Assembly: GCA_002269645.1 (NCBI GenBank) | Contig: NIVC01000432.1 | Coordinates: 124,001-188,000 of the forward strand | Reading direction: 5' to 3' | Source of the DNA: Macrostomum lignano | Taxonomy: Eukaryota | Length of the DNA stretch: 64,000 nucleotides | Shown here: one piece after another, positions 1-23,440 of the stretch | Numbering within the stretch: the first letter of the stretch is position 1 | Layout of the letters: each line of letters begins with the position of its first letter | The notes under the pieces: generated by a model | Seen by the model: the letters and a program-made list of their open reading frames with translations, nothing else | What the model was told of the DNA's origin: nothing | Databases searched by the model: none | Made by a program: the position numbers and the translations under genes

Positions 1-1030
1 GGCAGAGGCAGCGGATGAGCATCTGGATTGAGGAGGATAAGGGGGCGGATGAGCATCTGGATGGAGGATGAGGGGGCGGATGAGGATCTGGATGGGGGGA
101 TAAGCGGGCGGATGAGCATCTGGCTGGAGGATGAGAGGGGGGATAAGCATCTGGATGGGGGGGATAAGGGAGCGGATTAGGGGCGGATAAGGGGGCGGAT
201 GAGGATCTGGATGGAGCGGAAAAGTAGGCAGATGAGGATCTAGATGGGGCGGATAAGGGGAGGATGAGGATCTAGATGGGGCGGATAAGGGGAGGATGAG
301 GATCTGGATGGAGGATGAGGGGGCGGATGAGGATCTGGATAGGGGGATAAAGAGGCGGATAAGGATCCAGATGGGGAGGATAAGGGGGTGGATGAAGCTC
401 TGAATGGGGCGGATAAGGGGGCGGATGAAGCTCTGAATGGGGCGGATAAGGGGGCGGATGAGGATCTGGATGGGGCGGATGGGGATCTGGATGGGGCGGA
501 TGAGAATCTGGATGGGGATGGGGGCGATTCAGGGGGCGGATGAAGCTCTGAATGGGGCGGATAAGGGGGCGGATGAGGATCTGGATGGGGCGGGTAAGGG
601 GGCGGATGAGGATCTAGATGTGGAGGATAAGGGGGCGGATGAGGATCTGGATTGGGCGAATAAAGGGGCGGATAAGGATCCAGATGGGGAGGATAAGGGG
701 GTGGATGAGGATCTGGATGGGGAGATAAAGGGGCGGATGAGGATCTGGATGGGGCGGACGAGGATCTGGATGGGGCTGATGAGAATCTGGATGGGGCTGA
801 TGAGAATCTGGATGGGGCTGATGAGGATCTGGATGGGGATGGGGGCGATTCAGGGGGCGGATGAAGCTCTGAATGGGGCGGATAAGGGGGCGGATGAGGA
901 TCTGGATGGGGCGGCTAAGGGGGCGGATGAGGATCTGGATGGGGCGGCTAAGGGGCGGATGAGGATCTGGATGGGGCGGCTAAGGGGGCGGATGAGGATC
1001 TGGATTGGGCGGCTAAGGGGGCGGATTAGG
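1..1030. repeat. G/A-rich minisatellite (33- and 21-bp units) in MOV10L1 intron 2
   Basis: GGATGAGGATCTGGATGGGGCGGATAAGGGGGC repeated. Confidence 0.9.
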
Positions 1031-1078
1031 ATATGGATTATTAAATTATTTTATTCAAAATAATTAAATTTCTCAAAC

Positions 1079-2863
1079 CTCCACAGAATCGCCAGGAGAA
1101 ACAGTCAGCCTCGCATCGCCCTCTTCCTTGACCACACAGAACTGGTCATTGGTAGTCGAGTCTACCCGAGCGCCAAGCCACACAATAGGCTCATCTCCCG
1201 CATTTGTAATGGAGACTTTGCGCTCCAAATCTGAGCCCAGGCTTGCCCGACTAAAATTACAAATAGGCGGCTGAAACTGGACACCGGCAGCGTGAGGATC
1301 GGTCAAGGAGCTGCCAGCAGACACCGTCAACAGGTGGGATTCGTGTGGCACCATGGTGCCGAGGTCCCACATCTGCGACCAGGTGTTGCCAGTCTGGGCC
1401 TGGTCTTCTTCGCCAAGATGGACAACCACAGCCCGATAGTTGCAAGTGCGGCTCTGGGGCGGGATTATGTTGAGCGGTTATCGATTCATTATTTAATTAC
1501 GGCATCGTCTTAAAATGACAAAAAACTCGTTTTCTCCTACTAACAGTAGATTAAGGACAAGCGAACATCGTTATTCGTTAGGATACGTATTTTATTAATT
1601 GCAAATGAAGACAGTCAGTTTAATAGTAGAAGAGAGAGGGGTTTCATGACTAGAATTCGCACTGTCTACCTGACATATAGGAGCTTTTTAATTCACCCTG
1701 GCGCATTTTAAGCGACATTGTCACACAACCGGCGAGAGGCATTACTGCTCATTTCACAGACTCCCCTGAGCAGGCACACAAGCGCGCGGATACGTACGAA
1801 GTCATACGCACAGGCACACACTCACACAGGAGTGTACAGTGGCCCTAACTTCATTTATCTTTAGGCATGTACACTTCACTGTGCCTTGGGGGTTGAGCCT
1901 CAAGGGCGTTAATTGCACGAGCAGAGCCAAGCCGAGATTCCAATTCAGCCCCCAAATTAATTTGACTGCACTTGGAATCGAGCCTTAAAGGCTTTATTTC
2001 GCTGTCTATTTGTTATTTGTAAAGAACAAGGATTCTATCCAGATGTCCCCCATCGGGGGGCGAAGATTGCTAGTAAATTTTACTAACTAGTTGTAAAGTT
2101 TTTACGGAGGCTGTGAAAATTGTCTTCGGTTTTTCAAACATACAAAAAAATAGGAAAGCAATCTTTTCCTCTACTAACAGTAGATAACGCGAGTATTAAT
2201 ATATTTTTATAAAGTTCGTACCTGCACAGACTCGATGGCTACGCCGTGCACGGGATCGCCGCGGCGCAGACGCTGTGCCCGAGGCTGCACAGCCCCGGCA
2301 TGGAAGTAGACCTCGCCATTGGCGTAGCCGTGACTGGCCGCCATAGAGGTGACTCGGCCGGAGAAGCGCATCATACGGAGCGGTTGAACTCGAGTGACCT
2401 TAGCCTGCTCCTCCGTCCAGTCCAGCTCGGCCGTCACCCAGTCGCCCACAAACGGCCGATAGGACTCCGGCCACGCCAGTTCCATGGAGAACTCCAGCGA
2501 GTTTTCTAGCACTCCAGTCCTGCTCCTCTGATTGCAACTGCTGACTATGGTAACCAGATTACTGGGCTTCGGCTTCTGGCGGGCCTCCAACTGAGCCAGC
2601 CGGTTCAGTAGGACCTGGTCCGATGTCTTCGGAGTCCAGTTGTCGTCCTCCTCCTCCGCAGCGTCGTCCGCGCCTTCGACACCAACAATTTCATCGCCGA
2701 TGTTGTTCGCATCGGAGTCGACATCCTCTAACTGGCCAAGGATGTCGTCGTCATCGTCTATGCTAGCGTCGGAGTCGAGTGCCAGAATCCAGAGATGCTT
2801 GAGCGCCAAGGACAGCGCCAATAGTAGGCGTTGACCTAGCAGCTCCAGTGCCAAGAATTGCAT
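1079..2863 (-). CDS. MOV10L1: MOV10L1/Armitage-like RNA helicase, 5' part. Exons 2863-2222 and 1453-1079; the gene continues beyond the window start.
   Basis: GT-AG splicing joins IESVQ|SRTCNYRAV in phase 0. VGDWVTAE...VQPLR...VTSM...VYF...GD.V...IES...YRA matches my recollection of the N-terminal OB/S1-like repeats of MOV10L1, and an Ig-like segment (VSITNAGDEP) follows. The helicase core lies outside the window. Confidence 0.75.
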
Positions 2864-3341
2864 TATTGCTGGTCGCAGTTGAGAGAGACATTAATGAATA
2901 GATTTTAAATGTTTGGCAAATTCCATTCTAATTTTAGAATGTGCGTCGCTGTATTAATTTAACTCCACTCGTTTTAACCATACATATAGAGTCTGAGTCA
3001 ATGACGATTATGCGTAAGACAGTGCCTATTAAGTTCTTTTCGATACATATCGGCCATAAAATTTATTTCTAACACTGGCCTAGCTTATTAAATTATAAAA
3101 TCATAGGGAAGCAAGGCCATACTTTTTTACTAAAAAATACCCTGGAAATAGCAGATTTGGACAATATAAATAGCCTATTCATATCATTAATAAAATAATA
3201 GTATGCTAGATTCACGAGCTCACTAGTAGTTTTTTGGCGTAAAAGGACGTTAAGAATATGAAAAATCAAAACAAGTTACTGACAGTGTCAGAAAAATAAT
3301 GATTTATTCGATGAATTTGTCGGACCTGTGGCAAAAATTCT

Positions 3342-3413
3342 TTCCCTGACCGGGAGTCGAACCCGGGCCACCTGGGTGAAAACCAGGGATCCTAACCGCT
3401 AGACCATCAGGGA
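3342..3413 (-). tRNA. tRNA-Glu(TTC)
   Basis: The reverse complement TCCCTGATGGTCTAGCGGTTAGGATCCCTGGTTTTCACCCAGGTGGCCCGGGTTCGACTCCCGGTCAGGGAA folds into a full cloverleaf with anticodon TTC and A/B boxes. A T5 Pol III terminator lies at 3333-3337. Confidence 0.97.
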
Positions 3414-4189
3414 CCTATAAGCAGTCGAAGTTAAAGGGCTTTATAAACAGTTCAACCATATAATTCTTTCCTAGATTAACAACAAAAACAAGTTAAGATT
3501 GAGTTTCGATTCATTTATTAAATTATACACAAGAAACAATTCCAGGCACAGTTTGTTGTTTATATTTGGGTGAAATTGACAAGCAAGACGTTACATGAGG
3601 AGCAAGAAAGCCGAAGCTTAACTTTTTCAGGTAAAATACCACTAGTTCATAATAAAGAACTATAAGTATAAAGTGCGAAAATGTTGCTTGGTGTATTAAT
3701 ATGTTATGAATATATAAACTATACTAAAGTTAAAGAAATCTTGGAGTAAAAATTCTAAACCTAGCCGAAGTCGTTAACAGCGTCAGCGGACGCTGATTGA
3801 TTAAATTTCGAATGCATTTGGCCTTTAATTAGACACTGATAGTAGCATGAATGGAGTTTTTCGCGATTTATGCTTGAAAGAATACGAAATAATTGTTATT
3901 GTAGTTAGCTTTTAATTTTCAGTCGAAAAACTCTGAAGGAAGATGCAATAAGCAATTAGCTATTGTTTAACTGTATACTACTCGTAAAGTAATAATTTTC
4001 TTTGAGGTTGCAATCAGATTGATTTGATAGAATAGCTTAGATAACATTGCCTCATAGGTTAGGAATGCTAAACATAAATACATGCTACAGGGAATTGCCA
4101 AGACTAACACAAAGCGAGAGACTTTGAACTAAGCATAATAATTGGCAACTTGGACACCGACAACAGGATGCACCGACGAGTATTAGGAA

Positions 4190-4762
4190 GCGCCAAATCG
4201 GATGCGTCGGGGGGCGCCAAATTCTGATGTGTCGAAGGGGGGCGCCAAATCTGATGTGTCGGGGGGGGGGGGGCGCCAAATTCTGATGTGTCGGGGGGGG
4301 GGGGGGCGCCAAATTCTGATTTGTCGGGGAGGGCGCCAATTCTGATGTGTCGGACGGGGCGCCAAATATGATGTGTCGGACGGGGCGCCAAATCTGATGT
4401 GTCGGACGGGGCGCCAAATCTGATGTGTCGGGGGGGGCGCCAATTCTGATTTGTCGCACGGGGCGCCAAATCTGATGTGTCGGGGGGGGGGGCGCCAAAT
4501 CTGATGTGTCGGACGGGGCGCCAAATCTGATGTGTCGAAGGGGGCGCCAAATCTGATGTGTCGGACGGGGCGCCAAATCTGATGTGTTGGACGGGGGGCG
4601 CCAAATCGGGTGTGTCAGGGGCGCCAAATCGGGTGTGTCAGGGGCGCCAAATCGGATGTGTCAGGAGCGCCAAATTGGATGTGTCGGGGGCGCCAAATCG
4701 GATGTGTCAGGGGCGCCAAATCGGATGTGTCGGGGGCGCCAAATCAGATGTGTCAGGAGCGC
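4190..4762. repeat. Minisatellite of about 26 bp downstream of MED25
   Basis: GGGGCGCCAAATCTGATGTGTCGGAC repeated. Confidence 0.9.
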
Positions 4763-4990
4763 CAAATAGAACAGTTGGTCAGAAATTGCTATGCTTCAAA
4801 TGCCCTACGCCAGCCAACCGACAGCTACATGAACATTACGTGCAAGAAGCCGGTGCATTCGACAAGCAAACAACATTAAAATGCTTAAACAGCATTAATT
4901 TTAAACAAATCTATGCAACACTGTCATTAATTAAGTTAAACATCTACACGAAAAGAATGCTGTTAAATCATTAGCTTCGATTTAACGCTG

Positions 4991-15924
<10,934 letters not shown>

Positions 15925-16924
15925 AGGTGGAAACAGAAAATTTTGCCAATGAATTTTGACAAACTATTTCAATTTCATAGGTATGATACATTATATTATC
16001 AATCATAATCATTATTCAAAAGATTAGACTATTGTAGCAAATATTGGTATGTATAAGTAAATATAACTATTCAACTATAGAGAAAACTATAAAAACTGGG
16101 CCAATGTACTTTTACATACTTTCAGACTCCTAAATCTAATAAGACAATATAAGCTTTTATAACTGGTATAAAAGTAGGGTGGTCAAATTAGACTAAGTGA
16201 TCCTTACAACAATATGTGATTCTCCAATATGACTATCAATAAATGGTCATTTATGAAAGTATCAATGTGTTACACTAATATGACTATCAAGCAACCATAG
16301 CAACTAGTTAATCTTGATTTATTCTAGCTTATTGACAATTAAATGAAAAAAACTATTTTAGTTCATTGACTATATTTAATGCAGCAACAACTATACTTGA
16401 AAGTTAGCAAATACAAAGAACCAATAGAAAAAAAGTTCTATAGTAAGTCACTAAGCAACCCTATTGGAATAAATTCTCATGGTCCACAGATGCGCGACAA
16501 ACATCATTTGAGTGCCAGCAAACAGGTAAATAGCGGGAGTAATTATGAACACATTGCCTCGTCAGCTAATAAGTAGTTTAGTTCTGCACAGCTTGTCTAT
16601 TATATTAAAATAAACAATGGGATAAACTATGACCAACTTGCCTAAGCTGTGCACTTCATTATCCTGTAAGATAATAAGCAGTTTACTATTTTTCACATGG
16701 CAGAAATTTGCAGAAAATGCAGAACTTTGTATTCCCTCTCACCTTGGCCTGCAGACTGGCAGTTATTAAAATGTTTTCTTGAACTAAAACTGCTGTGAAA
16801 AATTGGCAGCTTCTCAACATTGAACAGAGTGCAGATACAGATACAGATACAGAGTACAGATAGAATTGTGGGATTAGGCCAGAATCCCAAGATTTTGAAT
16901 CTTGGGATTTTGATTAGGCCTAAA

Positions 16925-17129
16925 TCTTAAGATCACAATTGTCTAGGATTTGAAAATGGGGGGGCCAAGGGGGCGATGGCCCCCCCTTAGCTGCCTCAAA
17001 AAAAATTCTGCTCTTGGCATTTGGCCCCCTTCTAAGTAAAGAAAGGGCTTGGACCTTGGGGTGGGTTCCTACTCGGGGCAGTATGAAAAAAGTTGCCCCC
17101 CCCTCAAGAAATTCCTGGATCCGCGCCTG
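16925..17129. mobile_element. Partial GC-rich MITE
   Basis: Right end CCTGGATCCGCGCCTG and internal GCCCCCC repeats. The left TIR is not intact. Confidence 0.45.
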
Positions 17130-18162
17130 CCTAGGATTGGCAAAACTTGGGATTTTGTATTCTCTACTCTAAACATATCATAGGGCCTATTTTATGCAAA
17201 TAACAAAAATATTAACCATATTATAAAATTCAATTTAGATATTTTATCTCTAACAGAGACCTAGGCCTATCTATAAGTTTCAATAACTTCATTTTCCTTT
17301 GACACTTTGAAGGATACTAATAGGCTATCTGCATAAGGTAAGCCTATGGCTATGAAATCAGTGTATTTTCATATTATCTGTAGTAATATGCAACTTTATT
17401 CTGCCACTTTATTTGCAACTTTAATTAGTCTTTGAAACACAATGTGATTACTGATTACTAATTTAATAGGCCTAGCTGTTCTGCCCATTGCATTTCAATG
17501 ATAATAATCAATGCGAAGACAAAGAGTTGGCAGACCAATTGTTGTTATTGGATAGGCCTATAGCAGGGCAGGACATTATTGGCATGGAGATGGAGATGGA
17601 GCCATGCAGATAATTTTTTGGCATACTTAAGCCTTAAAGTTAGCAGATCAATTTTAGGTCTAAGCTATACTGTCAGATGAGTGTACATAGGGCATTATTA
17701 GCACATCGCCATTCGCCATGTGGATAGTTTTTTCGTTATCGGCATAGGACTGTAGGAATAAGCACTGCTAATGCTATATATCAAATCATCAGGCTTTGCT
17801 TTCGCCTATCGCCTTTAGTTTTCAATAGTTTTCGGATATAGTTTACGGTTCACTAGAACATTTTGTATAAAATCTATTTGAAATTATTTTTCTTAGAAAG
17901 CTCGACAAGGTGCCGATGGGTGAAAGAACGATCGTGATAATTGTAAATATGATATTACCTTCACGTCAAAAATTATATTCTCAGCATCTATGCTTTGTTT
18001 TAATTAAACAGCGGCTAAGGTTTTAGTATAATCCTGGAGCAATTTTGGTACAGATTATATAAATATGAATGTTCTTTCAAACTTGAATCCAACCTCAACG
18101 CGGCTCAACTTAACTCAAGCCTATCCTCTGATCTTTCCTGCATACTCTGAATAATGGCCTTT

Positions 18163-18753
18163 GTTTGTTTGTTAAACGAAAGGGTCCTAAGGGGACCCGC
18201 GGATCGCGGAAGGGCTCTGCCGCGAGGGGCACTGCCAGGGGCACAACATTAGCTGTTTTTAGAGCCCGAGATACCCCGAGAGAGATGGAAATTGGGCCCG
18301 GCATAAAGCGCGGGAGGGCGAAGTCGACCCAAGCCTACGGTACAAGACACCGCCAAACCAACAGTGGAATCAGGGACGGTGCTAGGACCGAATCCACTCA
18401 GGCTACCCCCCCCCCGCAAACAAGTCCTCGGGAGTGCGCGAAAAACAGAATTGGATATATACTACTTAAAGCCGTCCAAGAGCGGGGAAACCCAGAAGTC
18501 TTGGAAAGGGTTAACTATTGGAGCGAGTCTGGAAGGCTTGTATCCGAGGGGGAGACTCTAGGCGGATATAGCAAAACCTCTATTGCTACCAACCCAAGGG
18601 CATCGCCTATCCAGCTCATTATTGGGGGCCAGGCCAAGGGGTCGGGAAGAGGCACCAGGGGCAAGAGGACACCGGACTCAGCCGGTTGTCCCCGGTACGG
18701 GTCGAACATCCTTCCCAGGACACCAATCCACTGTCAGGATGAGAGCTCTCATC
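18163..18753 (-). mobile_element. 591-bp retroposed insertion (5'-truncated LINE or SINE-like)
   Basis: Exact 16-bp TSD CTGAATAATGGCCTTT at 18147-18162 and 18754-18769. (AAAC)n tail and terminal stem-loops on the minus strand. GC-rich sequence in an AT-rich context. Confidence 0.75.
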
Positions 18754-19710
18754 CTGAATAATGGCCTTTACAACAACAAAAATTTGGCACGCAGTTCAAG
18801 GCAAGGATCCCACTGGAGTGTAACTGAATCTGAAAAATCAACTTAAGGGGATAAATTTCAAATTTTGTGACCATACTCTTAAGCCGCCTAGACTTCTTCA
18901 TGTTTTACTGGTAGATCGAGCGATGCCCCACACAATAATTCATAGATACCACCAATAATTAATGATCAGACTACACGCGTACCTGTGCATACATCTGCAA
19001 AACAGCCGAGCAAAACAGCTAGGTTACGGCACTCTTGGCATATGGGCCTGCGCAGATCCTGGTGGCTAATTTGAAGTCATCGTAAAAACTAAATACACAG
19101 TTTTCACCAGCAATTGCTCGCTCTCTCTCTCGCACAAAAGCAGACTGCACGTCACCTAAGCTGATTCAGGAAGTGATCAGGTGCCTGCTGCTAGCTTTGC
19201 GGCAGTTGCACGCTCGGCGCTAATTCGTCGACTGCATACCTGCTCTGGCCACGACGCCGGTGCCCAAGCTCTGGAGGCTCATCGAGATCACGGGAAGCTG
19301 TTTTTGATCAAATTTCTTGTAAAGCCTAGCTGTTGCATTAGCTCGTAGCAGTGTGCTTTTTCTTGTTGCTGTTTCTGCAGATCTAAAGGAGAAATAAGCA
19401 GAAAGTTTTCTAGAGTCACGCCAATTTCATTAGCAAATAATGATTACTTTTTTAAACCCATCTAGAAACAATTTATATATACGTGTTACATGTATGCTAC
19501 TTTTAGTAGCCTAATTCGTTTACGAATGTATAATATTATTATGTACATGCAAAACAACTTTGTATTACAATTAAGAGTAAGTTAAACGCGCATGATGCTA
19601 TTTAAATGTCCTCTTCAATACTTCCTGAGTGTGAATAAAGCCTTGCAAATTATTTCGTCAACAGTGGCGCTCACATACCAGGAAGGGCTGTCTCTATAGG
19701 TGCTGGTGCC

Positions 19711-19932
19711 CAGTGGCGAATCTAGTATAGAATTTCATTTTTTGGGCAGGGCAGTCCAAGTTTGGGGCGCCGACATGAGTATGAGGGGCGCCAATTTTTA
19801 AGCTATGGGGGGGCAAATATGCGTGTAGGGGGCGAAACATCAAGTTTTTGGGGGCGCAATATGTTCTATCAAGATATTTTGGGGGCAATCGCTCTCGCCC
19901 CGACCCCCCCCCCTTCCCCCCCAAATCCCCTG
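19711..19932. mobile_element. hAT-type MITE
   Basis: Termini CAGTGGCGAATCT...AAATCCCCTG; 8-bp TSD CTGGTGCC/CTGGTGCT (7 of 8 match); internal GGGGCGCC subterminal repeats. Confidence 0.65.
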
Positions 19933-20981
19933 CTGGTGCTCCTAGTGCTGGCCCACTTGGTGCTAGAGCCCTATAGTACTACTGTACTAGTATAACCTTC
20001 TAAAATAATATTATTGCAGTCGATATATAGGATATAGAAATTAAAGATCGACTGAATAAAAGTGCATGACTGCGTTAATCCAAATTGCGCAAGTTATTGA
20101 TCGGTGCAAGCCTAAAAATTTCATGGCCATCTGCAACTATCAATTGCAAAATTATCTCAGAAACCTAATAGCTTGCAGCAATTGTTCTGTAGTACATTGC
20201 TGAACAGATCGAGATGAACTTTTATAAAAACTGAAACTCGACAAAAACGATAAAAATTGTGTCGGATAGGCCGCCCAACAACCCCACCGTTGCCCATGCA
20301 GCCCTCGTAGCCAAGTAGTGCCCTTGCACTTGTTGCTGCTATTTGGATAGTATATGCAGCAAATAGCCATATCGTAGCTGTAACTGCAGTTTCATAGTCT
20401 GGGTTTGTGGGGTGGGCCCAGACTTAGACTATAGAGCTATAGAAAGCGATGAAGTGGTCAAATGCGCAAGCACCGCTCGCAAAAATAGAATTTGCATGGC
20501 ATAGATTGGCTTATGGGCTTGTGCCAGCAGCTGTAGTATAACCTAATACACAGTTTTCACCTTGCGCTCTCTCTCTCTCTCTCTCTCTCTCGCACAAAAG
20601 CGGACTAAATCGCTACATACTATTCAAAATAATTTCAGCTCGGTTATCTTTGCCTACGAGCCCCTGCCCGGCGCTGGCGGCCCGGGATTGGCTGAAAATT
20701 CAAGTCGCATCCGGGGCCGCTCGGATAGAAGAGAAGATCGAGTCTGCTATTCTTCGAATGCGGTTTTTCTGTGGGCTAAAACAGATTTTAATTGCCAGCC
20801 CTAAACCACCCCACCCCACCAAACTTCGCGGGCGAATTTACCTTTTTTCAATTTATGGTTGTCATGCGGGGTAAGAGAACTATGCAAGATCACGCGCGCA
20901 AAGCAGAACACTGCCACGTCTCGAGCAGTTTCTTATTAGAAGCAACATTTTTTGTCGATTGACTTGGCGCCTTTTGGATAA

Positions 20982-23440
20982 CTCTACCAATTCAAAATGA
21001 CACTCGACCAATTTAAAATGGCACTCTACCAATTCAAAATGGCATGAATCTAACAATTCAAAATGACACTCTACCAATTCAAAATGGCATGACTCTAACA
21101 ATTCAAAATGACACTCTACCAATTCAAAATGGCACTCTACCAATTCAAAATGGCATGACTCTATCAATTCAAAATGACACTCTACCAATTCAAAATGGCA
21201 CTCTACCAATTCAAAATGGCATGACTCTATCAATTCAAAATGACACTCTACCAATTCAAAATGACACTCTACCAATTCAAAATGACACTCTACCAATTCA
21301 AAATGGCATGACTCTAACAATTCAAAATGACACTCTACCAATTCAAAATGGCATGACTCTACCAATTCAAAATGGCACTCTATCAATTCAAAATTACACT
21401 CTACCTATTCAAAATGACACTCTACCAATTCAAAATGGCACTCTACCAATTCAAAATGACACTCTACCAATTCAAAATGACACTCTATCAATTCAAAATG
21501 ACACTCTACGAGTACCAATTCAAAATGGCATGACTCTATCAATTCAAAATGACACTCTACCAATTCAAAATGGCACTCTACCAATTCAAAATGGCATGAC
21601 TCTATCAATTCAAAATGACACTCTACCAATTCAAAATGACACTCTACCAATTCAAAATGACACTCTACCAATTCAAAATGGCATGACTCTAACAATTCAA
21701 AATGACACTCTACCAATTCAAAATGGCATGACTCTACCAATTCAAAATGACACTCTACCAATTCAAAATGGCATGACTCTATCAATTCAAAATGACACTC
21801 TACCAATTCAAAATGACACTCTACCAATTCAAAATGACACTCTACCAATTCAAAATGGCATGACTCTAACAATTCAAAATGACACTCTACCAATTCAAAA
21901 TGGCACTCTACCAATTCAAAATGGCATGACTCTATCAATTCAAAATGACACTCTACCAATTCAAAATGACACTCTACCAATTCAAAATGACACTCTACCA
22001 ATTCAAAATGACACTCTACTAATTCAAAATGGCATGACTCTATCAATTCAAAATTACACTCTACCTATTCAAAATGACACTCTACCAATTCAAAATGGCA
22101 CTCTACCAATTCAAAATGACACTCTACCAATTCAAAATGACACTCTATCAATTCAAAATGACACTCTACGAGTACCAATTCAAAATGGCATGACTCTATC
22201 AATTCAAAATGACACTCTACCAATTCAAAATGACACTCTACCAATTCAAAATGGCATGACTCTATCAATTCAAAATGGCACTCTACCTATTCAAAATGGC
22301 ATGACTCTATCAATTCAAAATGGCACTCTACCAATTCAAAATGGCATGACTCTATCAATTCAAAATGACACTCTACCAATTCAAAATGACACTCTACCAA
22401 TTCAAAATGACACTCTACCAATTCAAAATGACACTCTACTAATTCAAAATGGCATGACTCTATCAATTCAAAATTACACTCTACCTATTCAAAATGACAC
22501 TCTACCAATTCAAAATGGCACTCTACCAATTCAAAATGACACTCTACCAATTCAAAATGACACTCTATCAATTCAAAATGACACTCTACGAGTACCAATT
22601 CAAAATGGCATGACTCTATCAATTCAAAATGACACTCTACCAATTCAAAATGACACTCTACCAATTCAAAATGGCATGACTCTATCAATTCAAAATGGCA
22701 CTCTACCTATTCAAAATGGCATGACTCTATCAATTCAAAATGGCACTCTACCAATTCAAAATGGCATGACTCTATCAATTCAAAATGACACTCTACCAAT
22801 TCAAAATGACACTCTACCAATTCAAAATGGCATGACTCTACCAATTCAAAATGGCATGACTCTATCAATTCAAAATGGCACTCTACCTATTCAAAATGGC
22901 ATCACTCTATCAATTCAAAATGGCACTCTACCAATTCAAAATGGCATGACTCTATCAATTCAAAATGGCACTCTACCAATTCAAAATGACACTCTACCAA
23001 TTCAAAATGACACTATCAATTCAAAATGGCATGACTCTATCAATTCAAAATGGCACTCTACCAATTCAAAATGACACTCTATCAATTCAAAATGACACTC
23101 TATCAATTCAAAATGGCACTCTATCAATTCAAAATGACACTCTATCAATTCAAAATGACACTCTATCAATTCAAAATGACACTCTATCAATTCAAAATGG
23201 CATGACTCTACCAATTCAAAATGGCACTCTACCAATTCAAAATGACACTCTACCAATTCAAAATGGCACTCTACCAATTCAAAATGACACTCTACCAATT
23301 CAAAATGACACTCTATCAATTCAAAATGGCATGACTCTATCAATTCAAAATGGCACTCTACCAATTCAAAATGACACTCTACCAATTCAAAATACACTCT
23401 ATCAATTCAAAATGGCACTCTACCGATTCAAAATGACACA
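20982..23440. repeat. 21/24-bp minisatellite with a 420-bp higher-order repeat
   Basis: CAATTCAAAATGACACTCTAC and CAATTCAAAATGGCATGACTCTAT units. Lines 22021-22380 recur identically at 22441-22800. Confidence 0.95.

Noticed and set aside
1820-2010. B-box-like GGCTCGATTCC and a possible SINE body on the minus strand
   Set aside because: No A box, and no family I can identify without a database.
3372-3384. Internal T4 run in tRNA-Glu as a premature Pol III terminator
   Set aside because: GGTTTTCAC is a normal anticodon loop in metazoan tRNA-Glu(TTC).
18720-18770. Hammerhead ribozyme near the palindromic junction
   Set aside because: The CUGANGA and GAAA core is not present in the required arrangement on either strand.
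19193-19330. AGCTTTGCGGCAG resembling the U4 snRNA 5' end
   Set aside because: The match stops after about 9 nt, and no U6-pairing regions or proper Sm site follow.
20982-23440. Arrays superficially resembling CRISPR
   Set aside because: The units are contiguous with no unique spacers, there are no cas genes, and the context is eukaryotic.
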